Part shown: piece after piece, positions 47,585-57,996 of the stretch
Numbering within the stretch: position 1 is the first letter of the stretch
Layout of the letters: the number at the start of each line of letters is the position of its first letter
NCBI GenBank assembly: GCA_041747855.1
Contig: JBGTEJ010000055.1
Coordinates: 3,909-67,908 of the forward strand
Length of the DNA: 64,000 nt
Source: Acidimicrobiia bacterium
Lineage (GTDB): Bacteria; Actinomycetota; Acidimicrobiia; Spongiisociales; ZC4RG35
Reading direction: 5' to 3'
The notes under the pieces: model-generated
Databases searched by the model: none
The model's input: only the letters and a program-made list of their open reading frames with translations
Told to the model about the DNA's origin: nothing
Program-made: the position numbers and the translations under genes

Positions 47585-49029
47585 TCGGACCCCCCGAGAA
47601 GACGAAAGCTCGATCTCTCGACGTAGCGCCCGTTCACTTCGTCGACCCGGATCACGATTCCATCCGGCTCCAGGTGGACCTCATCGCCGACAATTGGGGC
47701 GCGCCCTAGCTTGTGCCAGATGAGTCCGCTGACGGTGTCGACTTCTGCAGCTGGCAGCCCCAGACCAAATCGATCGTTGAGGACATCGAGCAGAACGTCA
47801 CCGCGCACCGAGACCCGTCGCCCCGTCGTGCTGATCGGGTCGTCCTCGACGTCGAACTCGTCGTGGACTTCACCGAAGATCTCCTCAATAGCGTCCTCCA
47901 GGGTGATCAGACCGGCGACGGAGCCGTATTCGTTGATCACCAATGCGCAGTGTTGTGATTCCTCTCGCAGTCTGCGCCAAAGACCGGGGACCGTGAGAAA
48001 CTCCGCCACCGACAGCACGGGGCGCGTGATCTCTGAGACCGTCGACTTCGGGGCTTGCTGGACCTGGTTGAAGAGGTCCCGCAGATGGACGATGCCGACA
48101 ACGTCCTCTCCCTGATCGTCGATCACAGGGAATCTCGAATGGGCACTGCCAGCCACCACGGAGAGGGCCTCCTCCACTGACATCGGGGCGTTCAAGGTGT
48201 CGAGTCGGAGACGGGGAGTCATGATCTCCCGCACCAAGCGCTCTTCGACGTTGAGGACACCGGCCAACATGTCTCTCTCTGACGCATCGATCAGTCCTCC
48301 CTCTGCGCTCGCCTGGTACAGACCAGCCAACTCTTCGGGAGAATGAACGTGGGCGTGGCTGTGGTCGATGCTGAGACGCAGGATTCTCATCAAGGCGAAT
48401 GCCGAGCCGTTGAACACCTTGACCAAGGGAGTGAACACCCACTGGCTGACACGCATCGCTGGAAGTGTGGCGATTGCCAGTCGCTCGGGATAGCGAAGCG
48501 CAGCCGTTTTAGGAAGCAACTCGCCGAGTACGACCTGGACCCCGGTGATGGCGACCAAAACTATGAGTACGGCCACCGCCCGCCCCGCCGCCCCGAAGAA
48601 GGGCTCGAGGAGAGGAGTCAACGCTGCCTGCCCGTACGCACCGGCCACCAAACTGCTCAGGGTGATCCCGATCTGACAAGCGGCGACGTAGTTGTCGAGG
48701 AGTTTCGGATCCTTCAGGATTACCAATAGACGCCTGGCGCCGACGCTCCCGCCCGCAGCCGACTCCTGGACCCGCGATCGCCTCGATCCCACGGTTGCGA
48801 ACTCGGCCGCCACGTACAAGGCATTGACCGACACCATCACCAAGATCACCAGTACGGGGATGAGGACGCTCACAAGGGGAGCGGCCGCAGAGATATCCGC
48901 CTGCTGGAACCGCACCTGATCACCCTCTGGAGGGTACACGGTGCCTTGCTCAAGTGGTTGAGGTGGTCTTGATGCGACAGGGTGTCCCCCACCAGTGGTT
49001 GAATGTGTCCAACTCATGACTCCCGCCAA
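47581..49029 (-). CDS. HlyC/CorC (CNNM) family transporter, paralogue of the downstream gene
   Basis: MVSVNALYVAAEFATVGSRRSRV and the same three-domain layout. The true start is probably downstream of 49029. There is a 4-nt overlap with the next gene. Confidence 0.8.
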   Translation of the reverse strand: MAGVMSWTHSTTGGGHPVASRPPQPLEQGTVYPPEGDQVRFQQADISAAAPLVSVLIPVLVILVMVSVNALYVAAEFATVGSRRSRVQESAAGGSVGARRLLVILKDPKLLDNYVAACQIGITLSSLVAGAYGQAALTPLLEPFFGAAGRAVAVLIVLVAITGVQVVLGELLPKTAALRYPERLAIATLPAMRVSQWVFTPLVKVFNGSAFALMRILRLSIDHSHAHVHSPEELAGLYQASAEGGLIDASERDMLAGVLNVEERLVREIMTPRLRLDTLNAPMSVEEALSVVAGSAHSRFPVIDDQGEDVVGIVHLRDLFNQVQQAPKSTVSEITRPVLSVAEFLTVPGLWRRLREESQHCALVINEYGSVAGLITLEDAIEEIFGEVHDEFDVEDDPISTTGRRVSVRGDVLLDVLNDRFGLGLPAAEVDTVSGLIWHKLGRAPIVGDEVHLEPDGIVIRVDEVNGRYVERSSFRLLGGSE

Positions 49030-50113
49030 CCCTGATACCGAGAGACATTCCCGGGAACAACGACTACGGGTCTGGGGTCAATCGTCTTGGGACTTGTTAC
49101 GGATTCTGGCTTTGGCCGCCGTCGCGGTGTGGTTGCTCTACCAGGTGAAGCTGGTGGTAATCCCTCTGATGCTCGGAGCTTTCGCCGCCAGCCTCGGCAC
49201 ACCACTGGTCGCCCGTCTGGATCGCCGCAGATGGCCACGCCTCCTGTCCACGTGGGTGGTTGGTTTGACGGTCGGGGGAGTCGCCTTCCTAGTCGGATGG
49301 TTCGTCGTCACCGAGATCCAGAGCGCAGCGGACCAGATGGCGGTCGCATTGGGAGAGGCTTGGGAGCAACTGCAGCTATGGCTCACGTCCGGCCCGTTCG
49401 GCGCGCAGATCCTCGAAGCAGTGGATCGGTTCCTGGAAGGTCTCGGTGAGGGTGATGGTGGCCTGGGTAGGTGGCTCACGGCCGGTCTCGGTACAGTCAC
49501 AGAAGCAATCGCCGGACTGGTTCTCACCGTCGTAGTCGCCTTCTTCATCGTAAAGGACGGGGACCGCTTCTGGGGGTGGGTCCTTTCCAAGGTCCGCCCC
49601 GATGACCGTGAACAGTTCGCCGAGGCCGGAGTCGCCGCCTGGGCAACTCTCCGACGCTACCTGTTCGGCACCTCGCTGGTCGGAGTGGTCAACGCCACCG
49701 CGTTGGCTATCACCCTGCTCATCCTCGGGGTCCCATTGATCATCCCACTCGCCATCCTCATGTTCCTCGGCGCCTTCTTCCCACTGCTCGGGGCGCTGGC
49801 CTCGGGATCAGTGATCGCTCTGACCGTTCTCGCCACCAACGGACTCCGCGATGCGGTGATAGTCATCCTCGTGGTCATTGCCGTCCAACAGCTCGAGGGA
49901 GACCTCATATCCCCCATAGTCCTAGGCAAGACCATGGCCCTGCACCCGCTTCTGATTCTGTTCGGGGTGACAATCGGTTTCATAGTCGGGGGCCTGGTCG
50001 GGGCATTCGTCGCCGTGCCCTTCATCGCGATCGCCGCCCAGGTCACTCGCACCGTATACCCAGGGTTCCTGGAGACCGGTCGAGCCTCGACCACACCACG
50101 TCGCCCTGCCTAG
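48995..50113 (+). CDS. AI-2E family transporter (PerM/UPF0118)
   Basis: 372 aa with 8 TM segments and VVAFFIVKDGDRFW, VAVQQLEGDLISPIVLGK motifs. The start could be ATG 49016. Confidence 0.8.
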   Translation: MVECVQLMTPANPDTERHSREQRLRVWGQSSWDLLRILALAAVAVWLLYQVKLVVIPLMLGAFAASLGTPLVARLDRRRWPRLLSTWVVGLTVGGVAFLVGWFVVTEIQSAADQMAVALGEAWEQLQLWLTSGPFGAQILEAVDRFLEGLGEGDGGLGRWLTAGLGTVTEAIAGLVLTVVVAFFIVKDGDRFWGWVLSKVRPDDREQFAEAGVAAWATLRRYLFGTSLVGVVNATALAITLLILGVPLIIPLAILMFLGAFFPLLGALASGSVIALTVLATNGLRDAVIVILVVIAVQQLEGDLISPIVLGKTMALHPLLILFGVTIGFIVGGLVGAFVAVPFIAIAAQVTRTVYPGFLETGRASTTPRRPA

Positions 50114-50148
50114 TCAGATCCCGGCTGTGGCGGTCCTACGATTGAAGG

Positions 50149-51002
50149 ATGTCTCGGGATCACTCAGCAGCGATCGAAGCCAACCGCAAGAACTGGGATC
50201 AGAGAGCCCCTGTCCATGCGGCGTCGCAGACCTATGACCTCGACGGATTCGTGGCCGACCCAACGCGGATTTCCACGGTTGCAAAGGACGATCTGGCGAT
50301 CCTCCTGCCCCACTTACCGGAGGGATCGGTCGATGGTCTCGAGGTATTACATCTTCAATGTCACATCGGAACCGACACGCTGTCGTTGGCGCGACTGGGC
50401 GCCAAAGTCACCGGAGTCGACTTCTCGAGCGAGAGCCTGAAAGTGGCGAGAGATCTCGGCAGCAAAACTGGATTGGAGGCGACTTTCGTCGAGTCCGAAG
50501 TGTCCGGGCCCAAGAGGTGGTCGAGGGCCCCTTCGACCTGGTCTACACCAGCATCGGGACGATCGGGTGGCTCCCATATCCACTGGTGGCATGGGCCAAA
50601 ACCATCGACGCCCTGCTCAAACCGGGCGGGACCTTCTTCATTCGCGACGGTCACCCTATGCTCTTCTCAATTGACGTGGACAACCAGGATGGACTCGTAA
50701 TCGGCTACCCCTATTTCCCCACGGGTGAACCCATCGCATAGGACGAGCCAGGGACCTACACCGACGGCGACCACTCCGGAATCACCGACATTCGGACCTA
50801 CGAGAGTGAGCACCCCATCAGCGAGATCATCACCGCCCTCCTGGAAGTCGGGCTCACATTGGTCCACTTTGGAGAGCGTCAGGACCTGCCATGGGAGGCC
50901 CTACCCCAGATGATCGAAGAGAATGATCGATTCGTCCTTCCCCCCGACGAGCGGGATCTTCTTCCCCTGGCCTTCTCACTGGTGGCGCGAAAGCCTGGCT
51001 GA
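50149..51002 (+). pseudogene. class I SAM-dependent methyltransferase with one frameshift and one in-frame TAG
   Basis: Frame 1 reads to ...LEATFVESEVSG. Homology-like sequence continues in frame 0 from ~50505 (AQEVVEGPFDLVYTSIGTIGWLP...YFPTGEPIA), hits TAG at 50739-50741, then continues in the same frame (DEPGTYTDGDHSG...LAFSLVARKPG) to TGA at 51000-51002. Confidence 0.65.
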
Positions 51003-51009
51003 CACGGCG

Positions 51010-51756
51010 TCAGGAGATACGGGCCCGGTAAACGTGTGTGGTATACGGGAGGTCGATGATCCCTCTATCGGACAAGCCGGGCAATGAGGTGAACAACTCC
51101 GCCAACTCCGACTCGATCCGCAATCGGGTATCCACGTCGGCGGTGATCACGTAGCTGCGCGATCTCGCCATCTCCAGCAGATCGGTTGCGGACATGACAC
51201 GGACCCACTCGAACGTGGCCTCCTCAACAGGTCCAAAGGGGTCTCCGATGACGACCCCATCGTCGGCGATCAGTTTCTCGGCTGCACTGTTCTTCATGAT
51301 CCCCGAAATCCTGCGGACCCAGGGAGTGGTCTCATCCCGAATGTTCCATATGAGACCGATCGTCCCACCCGGTCGCAGCACCCTGGCCGCCTCCGCCGAA
51401 GCGGTCACGGGGTCGACCCAGTGCCACATCTGACCCCCGACAACCGCATCAGCACTGGCGTCCGGCAAGGGCAAGCTCTCGGCTGTCCCCGGATATACCG
51501 CGATGTTGGGATTCTGTTCGCTGAGCTTGGCAAGCATCTCAGGATCAGGGTCGATACCTATGACCTCCCTACCGGTGGCCGCGACCACACGGGTCAGCTT
51601 GCCGGTTCCAGCGCCAATGTCGACTACTGTCCCGCTCTCCGCCACACCCTCGAGCATCCAAACAACAGCTTCGACCGGATAGTCGGGTCGGCCCCGCTCG
51701 TAGCTGCCTGCCTCACGTCCGAAGGATGTCGCCAAACCTTCACGATCAGAATCCAT
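51010..51756 (-). CDS. class I SAM-dependent methyltransferase
   Basis: VVDIGAGTGKLTR motif I and GGTIGLIW post-II region. Start taken at ATG 51756 (MDSDREG); the ORF-track start overlaps ndh. Confidence 0.75.
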   Translation of the reverse strand: MDSDREGLATSFGREAGSYERGRPDYPVEAVVWMLEGVAESGTVVDIGAGTGKLTRVVAATGREVIGIDPDPEMLAKLSEQNPNIAVYPGTAESLPLPDASADAVVGGQMWHWVDPVTASAEAARVLRPGGTIGLIWNIRDETTPWVRRISGIMKNSAAEKLIADDGVVIGDPFGPVEEATFEWVRVMSATDLLEMARSRSYVITADVDTRLRIESELAELFTSLPGLSDRGIIDLPYTTHVYRARIS

Positions 51757-51776
51757 CCCAACAGAATATTGGTGTC

Positions 51777-53009
51777 TCAGGGGGCTGGAGGCACTCCCGT
51801 GATGATCCGCGCCCCCCGGCGAAACGTCAGATAACTCCATGCCCAGGAGAGCAGGACCAGCAGACGGTTGCGAAATCCGATCAGGTAGAAGATGTGGACC
51901 ACCAACCAGGCGGCCCAGGCAAGGAACCCACCGAATCGCAACCAACCAAAATCCGCAACCCCTTTAGCCCTTCCTATGGTGGCCAGGGACCCCTTGTTCC
52001 GGTATCGAAACGGTGTCCTCTCTTCCCCGGTCAGGTCGGAGCTGATCATCTTCGCGGTGTGTCTTCCCATCTGGATCGCGGCCGGAGCTACTCCAGGCAC
52101 CCCAGGAACCATGGCGAGGTCTCCGATCACGAAGATGTTCCGGGATTCGGGGAGGGATAGGTCGGATCCGACTACTACCCGACCGTTCCTGTCGGTCTCG
52201 GCACCCAAACCGGCTCCCAACGGTGAGGCCTGAACACCCGCCGCCCACAGCACAGTGGCGGCATCGATCCGGGTACCGCTATTCAGCGTCACACCGTCCT
52301 CGTCAACAACCGATACGACGTCTCCCGTAATCACCTCAACACCCATTCCCTCCAACTGGCTTCGGGCGCTGAGCGACAACGCCTCCGGATATACGGGGAG
52401 CACATGGGAAGCACCCTCGATGAGGATCACCCGTGCCTTGGTGGGGTCCACGGCCCGGAACTCCCGACCCATCGCATGAACCGCTATTTCGACCAGGGCA
52501 CCGGCCAGCTCGACCCCGGTCGGGCCTGCTCCCACCACCACGAACGTGAGCAGTTGACCGGCCCGTTCCGGGTATCTCTCAGCCTGCTCGAAAGCGCTGA
52601 GAATCCGTTGCCGCATCAGGATCGCGTCCTCGAGTGTCTTCAAGCCAGGGGCAAGCTCCTCCCATTGTTCCTGTCCGAAGTACGAGTGGGTAGCACCGGC
52701 CGCCACCACCAGGTAGTCGAACCCGACCTCTTCACCACCGTCGAGATGGACCAAGCGTCGTTCCGGATTGACGCCGGTGACATCGGCAAGGAGGACCCGG
52801 GACACGTTCATCTGTCTCCGAAACACCGAACGGATCGGATAGGCGATGTCGCTCGGATTGATGGCCGCAGTCGCCACCTGATAGAGCAGCGGCTGGAACA
52901 GATGGAAGTTGCGTCGATCGATGATCGTTATCTCGACCGGTACCCGGCGGAGACTCTTGGCCGCGTTCAGCCCGGCGAACCCGGCCCCAACGATGACAAC
53001 ACGGGTCAT
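51777..53009 (-). CDS. ndh: type II NADH dehydrogenase (NDH-2)
   Basis: Two dinucleotide folds (VVIVGAGFAGLNAA and FVVVGAGPTGVELAG) and a C-terminal membrane-anchoring helix. Confidence 0.88.
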   Translation of the reverse strand: MTRVVIVGAGFAGLNAAKSLRRVPVEITIIDRRNFHLFQPLLYQVATAAINPSDIAYPIRSVFRRQMNVSRVLLADVTGVNPERRLVHLDGGEEVGFDYLVVAAGATHSYFGQEQWEELAPGLKTLEDAILMRQRILSAFEQAERYPERAGQLLTFVVVGAGPTGVELAGALVEIAVHAMGREFRAVDPTKARVILIEGASHVLPVYPEALSLSARSQLEGMGVEVITGDVVSVVDEDGVTLNSGTRIDAATVLWAAGVQASPLGAGLGAETDRNGRVVVGSDLSLPESRNIFVIGDLAMVPGVPGVAPAAIQMGRHTAKMISSDLTGEERTPFRYRNKGSLATIGRAKGVADFGWLRFGGFLAWAAWLVVHIFYLIGFRNRLLVLLSWAWSYLTFRRGARIITGVPPAP

Positions 53010-53611
53010 GGTACGAGCCGCTCCAGGGGTACTGGGTCCGCACCCAAGCCCCTTGCCAATGCCCTGAGGGCGAGCGAACGATGCGAAAGCGAGTTCTTCT
53101 CGGCGGCGCTCATCTCGGCCAGGGTCCTCCCGTTGACGTCGAACACCGGGTCATATCCGAAGCCGCCATCACCCCGAGATTCCAGTGCGATCGATCCTTC
53201 AACCGAGCCTTCAGCGGTGAACTCGAGCCCATCCGGAAAGACGAGGGCAACCACGGTCCTGAAGCGGGCCCGTCTGTCCTGGACTCCATCGAGCCGCTCC
53301 AGCAGGAGGTTCACATTGTCTTGGTAAGTGGCATCCTCCCCGGCGAAACGTGCCGAATGAACACCTGGGGCACCGTCCAATGCCGCCACTTCGAGACCGG
53401 TATCGTCAGCGATCGCGGGTAGCCCGGTTGCATCCACAACCGCCCGTGCCTTGAGGAGCGAGTTGGCCTCGAGGGTTGCACCCACTTCTTCCACATCCTG
53501 CCAGTCGAGACCCTTGACCACCTCGGCAACGAGACCGGTCCCGGAAAGAACAGCCTCGATCTCAAGGATCTTGTCCTGGTTCTTGGTGGCCAGGACGAGA
53601 CGGGGAATCAC
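53006..53611 (-). CDS. rdgB: non-canonical purine NTP pyrophosphatase (RdgB/HAM1)
   Basis: LVLATKNQDKILE, ADDTGLEVAALDGAPGVHSARF and GFGYDPVF. Confidence 0.9.
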   Translation of the reverse strand: MIPRLVLATKNQDKILEIEAVLSGTGLVAEVVKGLDWQDVEEVGATLEANSLLKARAVVDATGLPAIADDTGLEVAALDGAPGVHSARFAGEDATYQDNVNLLLERLDGVQDRRARFRTVVALVFPDGLEFTAEGSVEGSIALESRGDGGFGYDPVFDVNGRTLAEMSAAEKNSLSHRSLALRALARGLGADPVPLERLVP

Positions 53612-54309
53612 GACTCGACCGCCCTCCGTTGCAGATCGTGGAGCTCGGTGATGCCCTGGGCTGCGAGGTCGAGAAGCCCATCGAGCTCCTCTCTGGTGAA
53701 GGGGGCGCCCTCTGCGGTGCCCTGGACTTCGACCAGCAGTCCCCTACCAGTCATCACCACATTCATATCCACCTCGGCGGCGACATCCTTGTCGTAGTCC
53801 AGGTCGAGCCAGGCAACACCGTCGACGATCCCGACAGAAACGGCTGCTATCTCGTCGATGATCGGACTCCTCTCCAGGACCCCACGGCTGACGGCGTCCG
53901 TGAGAGCCTGATGCATCGCCACCCAGGCGCCGGTCACGGCTGCAGTTCGCGTCCCACCATCTGCCTCTATCACGTCGCAGTCGACCCGGACCAATTGCTC
54001 GCCAAGGGCACTCAGATTGACCCCGGCGCGGAGAGCCCGGCCGATCAAGCGTGATATCTCTTTCGCCCTGCCGCCCGTGTAGTCGTCGCGGCGAATCCGC
54101 TCACTCGAAGACCCGGGCAACATGCCGTACTCAGCAGTCACCCATCCCTTGCCGCCACCCAACATCCACCGTGGGACGGTGTCCTCGAGCGTCGCGGTAC
54201 AGAGAACCCGGGTGCGGCCCATGGCGATCAGCACCGATCCTGGTGTGGCCTCGGTGAACCCGAGTTCCATGCTGACAGGTCTGAGTTCATCGGGTGAGCG
54301 ATCGGTCAT
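53608..54309 (-). CDS. rph: ribonuclease PH
   Basis: GSVLIAMGRTRVLCTA, WVTAEYGMLPGSS and CDVIEADGGTRTAAVTGA. Confidence 0.93.
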   Translation of the reverse strand: MTDRSPDELRPVSMELGFTEATPGSVLIAMGRTRVLCTATLEDTVPRWMLGGGKGWVTAEYGMLPGSSSERIRRDDYTGGRAKEISRLIGRALRAGVNLSALGEQLVRVDCDVIEADGGTRTAAVTGAWVAMHQALTDAVSRGVLERSPIIDEIAAVSVGIVDGVAWLDLDYDKDVAAEVDMNVVMTGRGLLVEVQGTAEGAPFTREELDGLLDLAAQGITELHDLQRRAVES

Positions 54310-54327
54310 GATCCCAACGGTACCGGC

Positions 54328-55071
54328 CTAGACCTCGAAGCTGGTACCTGGTGTGGCGAAGGCGACAGGACGCCCGAAGGCGACTTCGGCCTCATGGACC
54401 GAAAGGGCTACGTCCAGGTATGGGGGGATGTGGGTCAGAACGAGTCGTCCCACACCGAGTTGGCGGGCGACGTCGCCGGCCTCTTCGGCGCTCATGTGCA
54501 TCGGATACTCCGGGTTCTTGGTCGACTCCTGGTAGGCGGCCTCAGCGACCAGCACATCCACTCCCCTGGCAAGCTCATGCCATTCCCCTTCAGGCCCAGT
54601 GTCGCCGGTGTAGAACAGGCTCCGGTTGTTCACCTCCCACCGGCTTCCGACGGTCGGGACCGAGTGGTTCATGGTGGTGAACTCGACCGCTACTTCTCCA
54701 ATGGTGATGCGATCTCCTCCATCCACTGGAGTGAAGTCGAAGGTCTCTTCGAGGACCGAGCCTTGGCCCTTGTCCACAAAGCCGCTCACACGATCCCACA
54801 CCGACTGCGGACCGAACACCGCGACGCCGGTACGAGGGTCCGGTCGGTAGGTCCAGGCGTGGAAGGCGGTGAAGAGGTCGGTGCAGTGGTCGGGATGCTG
54901 GTGTGAGATGACGATGGCATCGACCATGTCGGGGTCTACCGGCAACGCCACGTAAGTCCCGGGGCCGGCATCACACCAGACACGAGTCGTCCCCTGCTCG
55001 ATCAGCAAGCCAGCACCGGGTCGGCCAGGCGCGGGAAACGTCCCGGAGGAGCCGATCACATGAACCCTCAC
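54328..55071 (-). CDS. MBL-fold metallo-hydrolase
   Basis: ISHQHPDHCTD (HxHxDH) plus downstream His and Asp ligands. Confidence 0.8.
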   Translation of the reverse strand: MRVHVIGSSGTFPAPGRPGAGLLIEQGTTRVWCDAGPGTYVALPVDPDMVDAIVISHQHPDHCTDLFTAFHAWTYRPDPRTGVAVFGPQSVWDRVSGFVDKGQGSVLEETFDFTPVDGGDRITIGEVAVEFTTMNHSVPTVGSRWEVNNRSLFYTGDTGPEGEWHELARGVDVLVAEAAYQESTKNPEYPMHMSAEEAGDVARQLGVGRLVLTHIPPYLDVALSVHEAEVAFGRPVAFATPGTSFEV

Positions 55072-55136
55072 GGGGTCACCCTACCGGTCGACAAGCCGGA
55101 GTCGAAGTATCAGGGCAAGCGTGCGAGCCAGGTTTC

Positions 55137-55556
55137 ATGGTGGTGATCGGCGGACGATACCCTCAGCAAGTGACGTCGAACACCCCCAGGTCGGTCGCTA
55201 TCGGACGCGCCTTTCGCCGTCGCTGCCCCAACTGTGGAACGAAGGCGTTCCGCACGTGGTTCACCATGTTCGAAGTCTGCCCGGGGTGTCGGCTGAGGTT
55301 CGAAAGGGAGCCGGGTTACTGGGTGGGTGCCGTCACCATCAACACGACGGTCACCTTCGCCTCTTTTGCCGGACTGTTCGTGGCGATGACGATCCTCGCC
55401 TGGCCAGACCCGCCCTGGGGCCTGATCATGGCGGTGGTAGTGGGGGTCAATGTCCTACTGCCCGTGTTCTTCTATCCGATCTCGAAGACTCTGTGGGCGG
55501 CGTTGGAGCACTCATGGCATCCTCTCGAACCGGAAGAGTTCCAGTTGGGTCGATAA
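55137..55556 (+). CDS. DUF983-type small membrane protein with N-terminal zinc ribbon
   Basis: CPNCG...CPGC followed by two TM helices. Confidence 0.65.
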   Translation: MVVIGGRYPQQVTSNTPRSVAIGRAFRRRCPNCGTKAFRTWFTMFEVCPGCRLRFEREPGYWVGAVTINTTVTFASFAGLFVAMTILAWPDPPWGLIMAVVVGVNVLLPVFFYPISKTLWAALEHSWHPLEPEEFQLGR

Positions 55557-55559
55557 CGG

Positions 55560-56702
55560 TCAGAGTCTCTTGGCCACCTCGTCGAGCATGACCTCGGTGG
55601 CCCCACCGCCGATCGAGTTGATCCGCACATCGCGATACATCCGTTCGATGGCGGTCTCGGCGACATAACCCATCCCGCCATGGAACTGGACACAGTCGTA
55701 GAGGACACGGTTGGTGAGCTCACCCACCAGTGCCTTCACCTCCGACACTTCGCGGACGGCGTCCATCCCCTCGTCGAGCATCCACGCCGTCTTGTAAACG
55801 AACTCACGGGCGGCGTCTACTTCGGCCTGCCGCATCGCCATCCTCTGGCGTATCGCCTGCTTCTCCCAGAGCGGCGCCCCGAATGCGTGACGGTTCTTGA
55901 CGTAGTCGAGGGTCAGTTCGAGGGCCTTTTGGCACTCGCCGATTGAGGCCGCCATGATCGCCAGCCTCTCGTTCTGGAAGTTCTCCATGATGTAGTAGAA
56001 ACCGCGGTTGACCTCACCGATCAGATGGTCGTCACCAACCCAGGTGTTGTCGAGGACCAGTTCGGCAGTGTTGGAGGCATGCCAACCCATCTTCTTGAGG
56101 GAGCGGCTGGCAGTGAACCCGTCGGTCCCCTTCTCGACGGCGAACACCGAAAGACCCCGAGACGCTTTGGTATCGGAATCAGTACGCGCCGCGATGAACA
56201 CGATGTCGGCGAAGCCACCGTTGGTGATGAACATCTTGGTCCCGTTGAGACGCCATCCGTCGCCGTCGCGACGCGCACTGGTGCGGAGACCGGCGACGTC
56301 GGAACCTGCGTCGGGTTCTGTCACTCCTATGGCCGTGATCAACTCACCGGAGACACATGCGGGCAGCCACTTCTCCTTCTGATCCTGTGAGCCAAAACGG
56401 TTCAGGTAGGGAATGGCGAGGTCGGTGTGAACCAGGACGGTGATTGCAGTACCGCCCGACGTCGACCGCCCCAACTCCTCGGCGAACACCACGGTGGCGA
56501 TGTGCCCGAGCCCTATGCCCCCATACTCCTCCGGCACCCTGAGACCGAAGAATCCCAACTTGCCCATCTCGTCGAGCAGAGATCGGGGGACCTGTCCTTC
56601 GGCCTCCCACTCCTCGACGTTCGGGACGATCTCACGCTCGACGAACTCCCTGACCGAGTTCCGGATCGCCTCGAGATCACTATCGACGTAAACCGACCTC
56701 AC
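55560..56702 (-). CDS. acyl-CoA dehydrogenase
   Basis: 380 aa with ACAD N, middle and C domains. AIGVTEPDAGSD, and catalytic base region FHGGMGYVAETAIERMYRD. Confidence 0.88.
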   Translation of the reverse strand: MRSVYVDSDLEAIRNSVREFVEREIVPNVEEWEAEGQVPRSLLDEMGKLGFFGLRVPEEYGGIGLGHIATVVFAEELGRSTSGGTAITVLVHTDLAIPYLNRFGSQDQKEKWLPACVSGELITAIGVTEPDAGSDVAGLRTSARRDGDGWRLNGTKMFITNGGFADIVFIAARTDSDTKASRGLSVFAVEKGTDGFTASRSLKKMGWHASNTAELVLDNTWVGDDHLIGEVNRGFYYIMENFQNERLAIMAASIGECQKALELTLDYVKNRHAFGAPLWEKQAIRQRMAMRQAEVDAAREFVYKTAWMLDEGMDAVREVSEVKALVGELTNRVLYDCVQFHGGMGYVAETAIERMYRDVRINSIGGGATEVMLDEVAKRL

Positions 56703-57658
56703 GTTTCCTCCTCCGACGCCAGCATGGCCCTACCTGCCTTGCTGTTGTAGGTCAGATTGTGATCGGTGCAGAACCGTTCGGCCACCCGGGCCACGGCCAG
56801 ACCGTCGACATCATGCTCGATTCCGAGGCCGTCGAGGAGATAGACGATGTCTTCGGTGGCGACGTTGCCGGTGGCCCCGGGGGCGTATGGGCACCCTCCG
56901 AGACCTCCGGCGGAGGAGTCCATTCGCATCACCCCATGGTCGAGGGCGGTCATAGTGTTGGCGATGGCCTGTCCGTAGGTGTCATGGAAATGGACTCCGA
57001 GTTGTTCGACCGGCACAGAGTCGAGCACCTCGCCGAGGAGGCGCTCGACATGATACGGGGTTGCCTTCCCGATGGTCTCCCCCAGATAGACATAGTCGAC
57101 ACCCCACTCCAGCAACGTCTCGCAGAGGTGAGCCACCCAGTCGGGGTCCTGCTCGCCTTCGAAGGGGCAATGGGTGGCGGTGGACACATACCCGCGGAAG
57201 GTGATACCTCCCGGGGCCTCGGTGAGGATCCGTCTGATCCGATGCATCGACTCGTCGACGGTGGCGTTGATGTTCCGTTGGCTGAAGGTCTCCGATGCCG
57301 ACGTGATCACACCGAAGTGGGTGAGTCCTGCGGCGAGGCCTCCCTCGAGACCCTGCATATTGGGCACAAGGCCGCCGAGCGTCACACCTTGAGCCTTCAC
57401 CGCGGCGACCACCTCGGCCCCGTCTGCCATCTGGGGCACCCATTTCGGACTGACAAAGGACACCGCATCGAACTCCCTGAGTCCGGCGTCAGCCAGGTCG
57501 TCGATGAGACGGGCCTTCGCCTCGGTGGGAATGAAGACTCCCAGGGACTGAAGTCCGTCTCGCGAGGAAGATTCGGTTATCGAAACCCTCTCCGGAAGAT
57601 TCACAACGCCAACGGTACCCGGCGCCGGGCACTTGGTACGGGGACTCCGACCTACCAT
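56699..57658 (-). CDS. hydroxymethylglutaryl-CoA lyase
   Basis: GVHFHDTYGQAIANTMTALDHGV...GGLGGCPYAPGATGNVATED. The start is possibly internal (VNLPERVSITE). Confidence 0.85.
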   Translation of the reverse strand: MVGRSPRTKCPAPGTVGVVNLPERVSITESSSRDGLQSLGVFIPTEAKARLIDDLADAGLREFDAVSFVSPKWVPQMADGAEVVAAVKAQGVTLGGLVPNMQGLEGGLAAGLTHFGVITSASETFSQRNINATVDESMHRIRRILTEAPGGITFRGYVSTATHCPFEGEQDPDWVAHLCETLLEWGVDYVYLGETIGKATPYHVERLLGEVLDSVPVEQLGVHFHDTYGQAIANTMTALDHGVMRMDSSAGGLGGCPYAPGATGNVATEDIVYLLDGLGIEHDVDGLAVARVAERFCTDHNLTYNSKAGRAMLASEEET

Positions 57659-57666
57659 CCTCGGCG

Positions 57667-57996
57667 ATGACCGAGCATTGCCTGGTGCTGATCACGTGTG
57701 GTGGGGACGGCGAAGCCCGGTCGATAGCCAGACGACTCGTAGAGGATCGTCTCGCCGCGGGTGTCCAGATCATCCCTATCCAGAGCATCTATGCCTGGGA
57801 CGATCAGATAGTCGAGGACGACGAGGTACTTTTGATCGCCAAGACCCGGGCCGACAAGTTCGAGACCATCCGCGATCTCGTCGTCGAGCTGCACTCGTAT
57901 GAGATTCCCCCAGTCATCCGGATCGACATCGGCGGAGCCCATCTCCCCTATCTCGAGTGGATTGACCAGAACGTGGAGGGGTTTAAGACCGGCTGA
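57667..57996 (+). CDS. cutA: divalent-cation tolerance protein CutA
   Basis: 109 aa. SIYAWDDQIVEDDEVLLIAKT...ELHSYEIPPVI. Confidence 0.85.
   Translation: MTEHCLVLITCGGDGEARSIARRLVEDRLAAGVQIIPIQSIYAWDDQIVEDDEVLLIAKTRADKFETIRDLVVELHSYEIPPVIRIDIGGAHLPYLEWIDQNVEGFKTG

Noticed and set aside
50739-50741. In-frame TAG as programmed readthrough or pyrrolysine
   Set aside because: No pyl genes are visible, and the same gene also carries a frameshift. Pseudogenisation or sequencing error is far more parsimonious.
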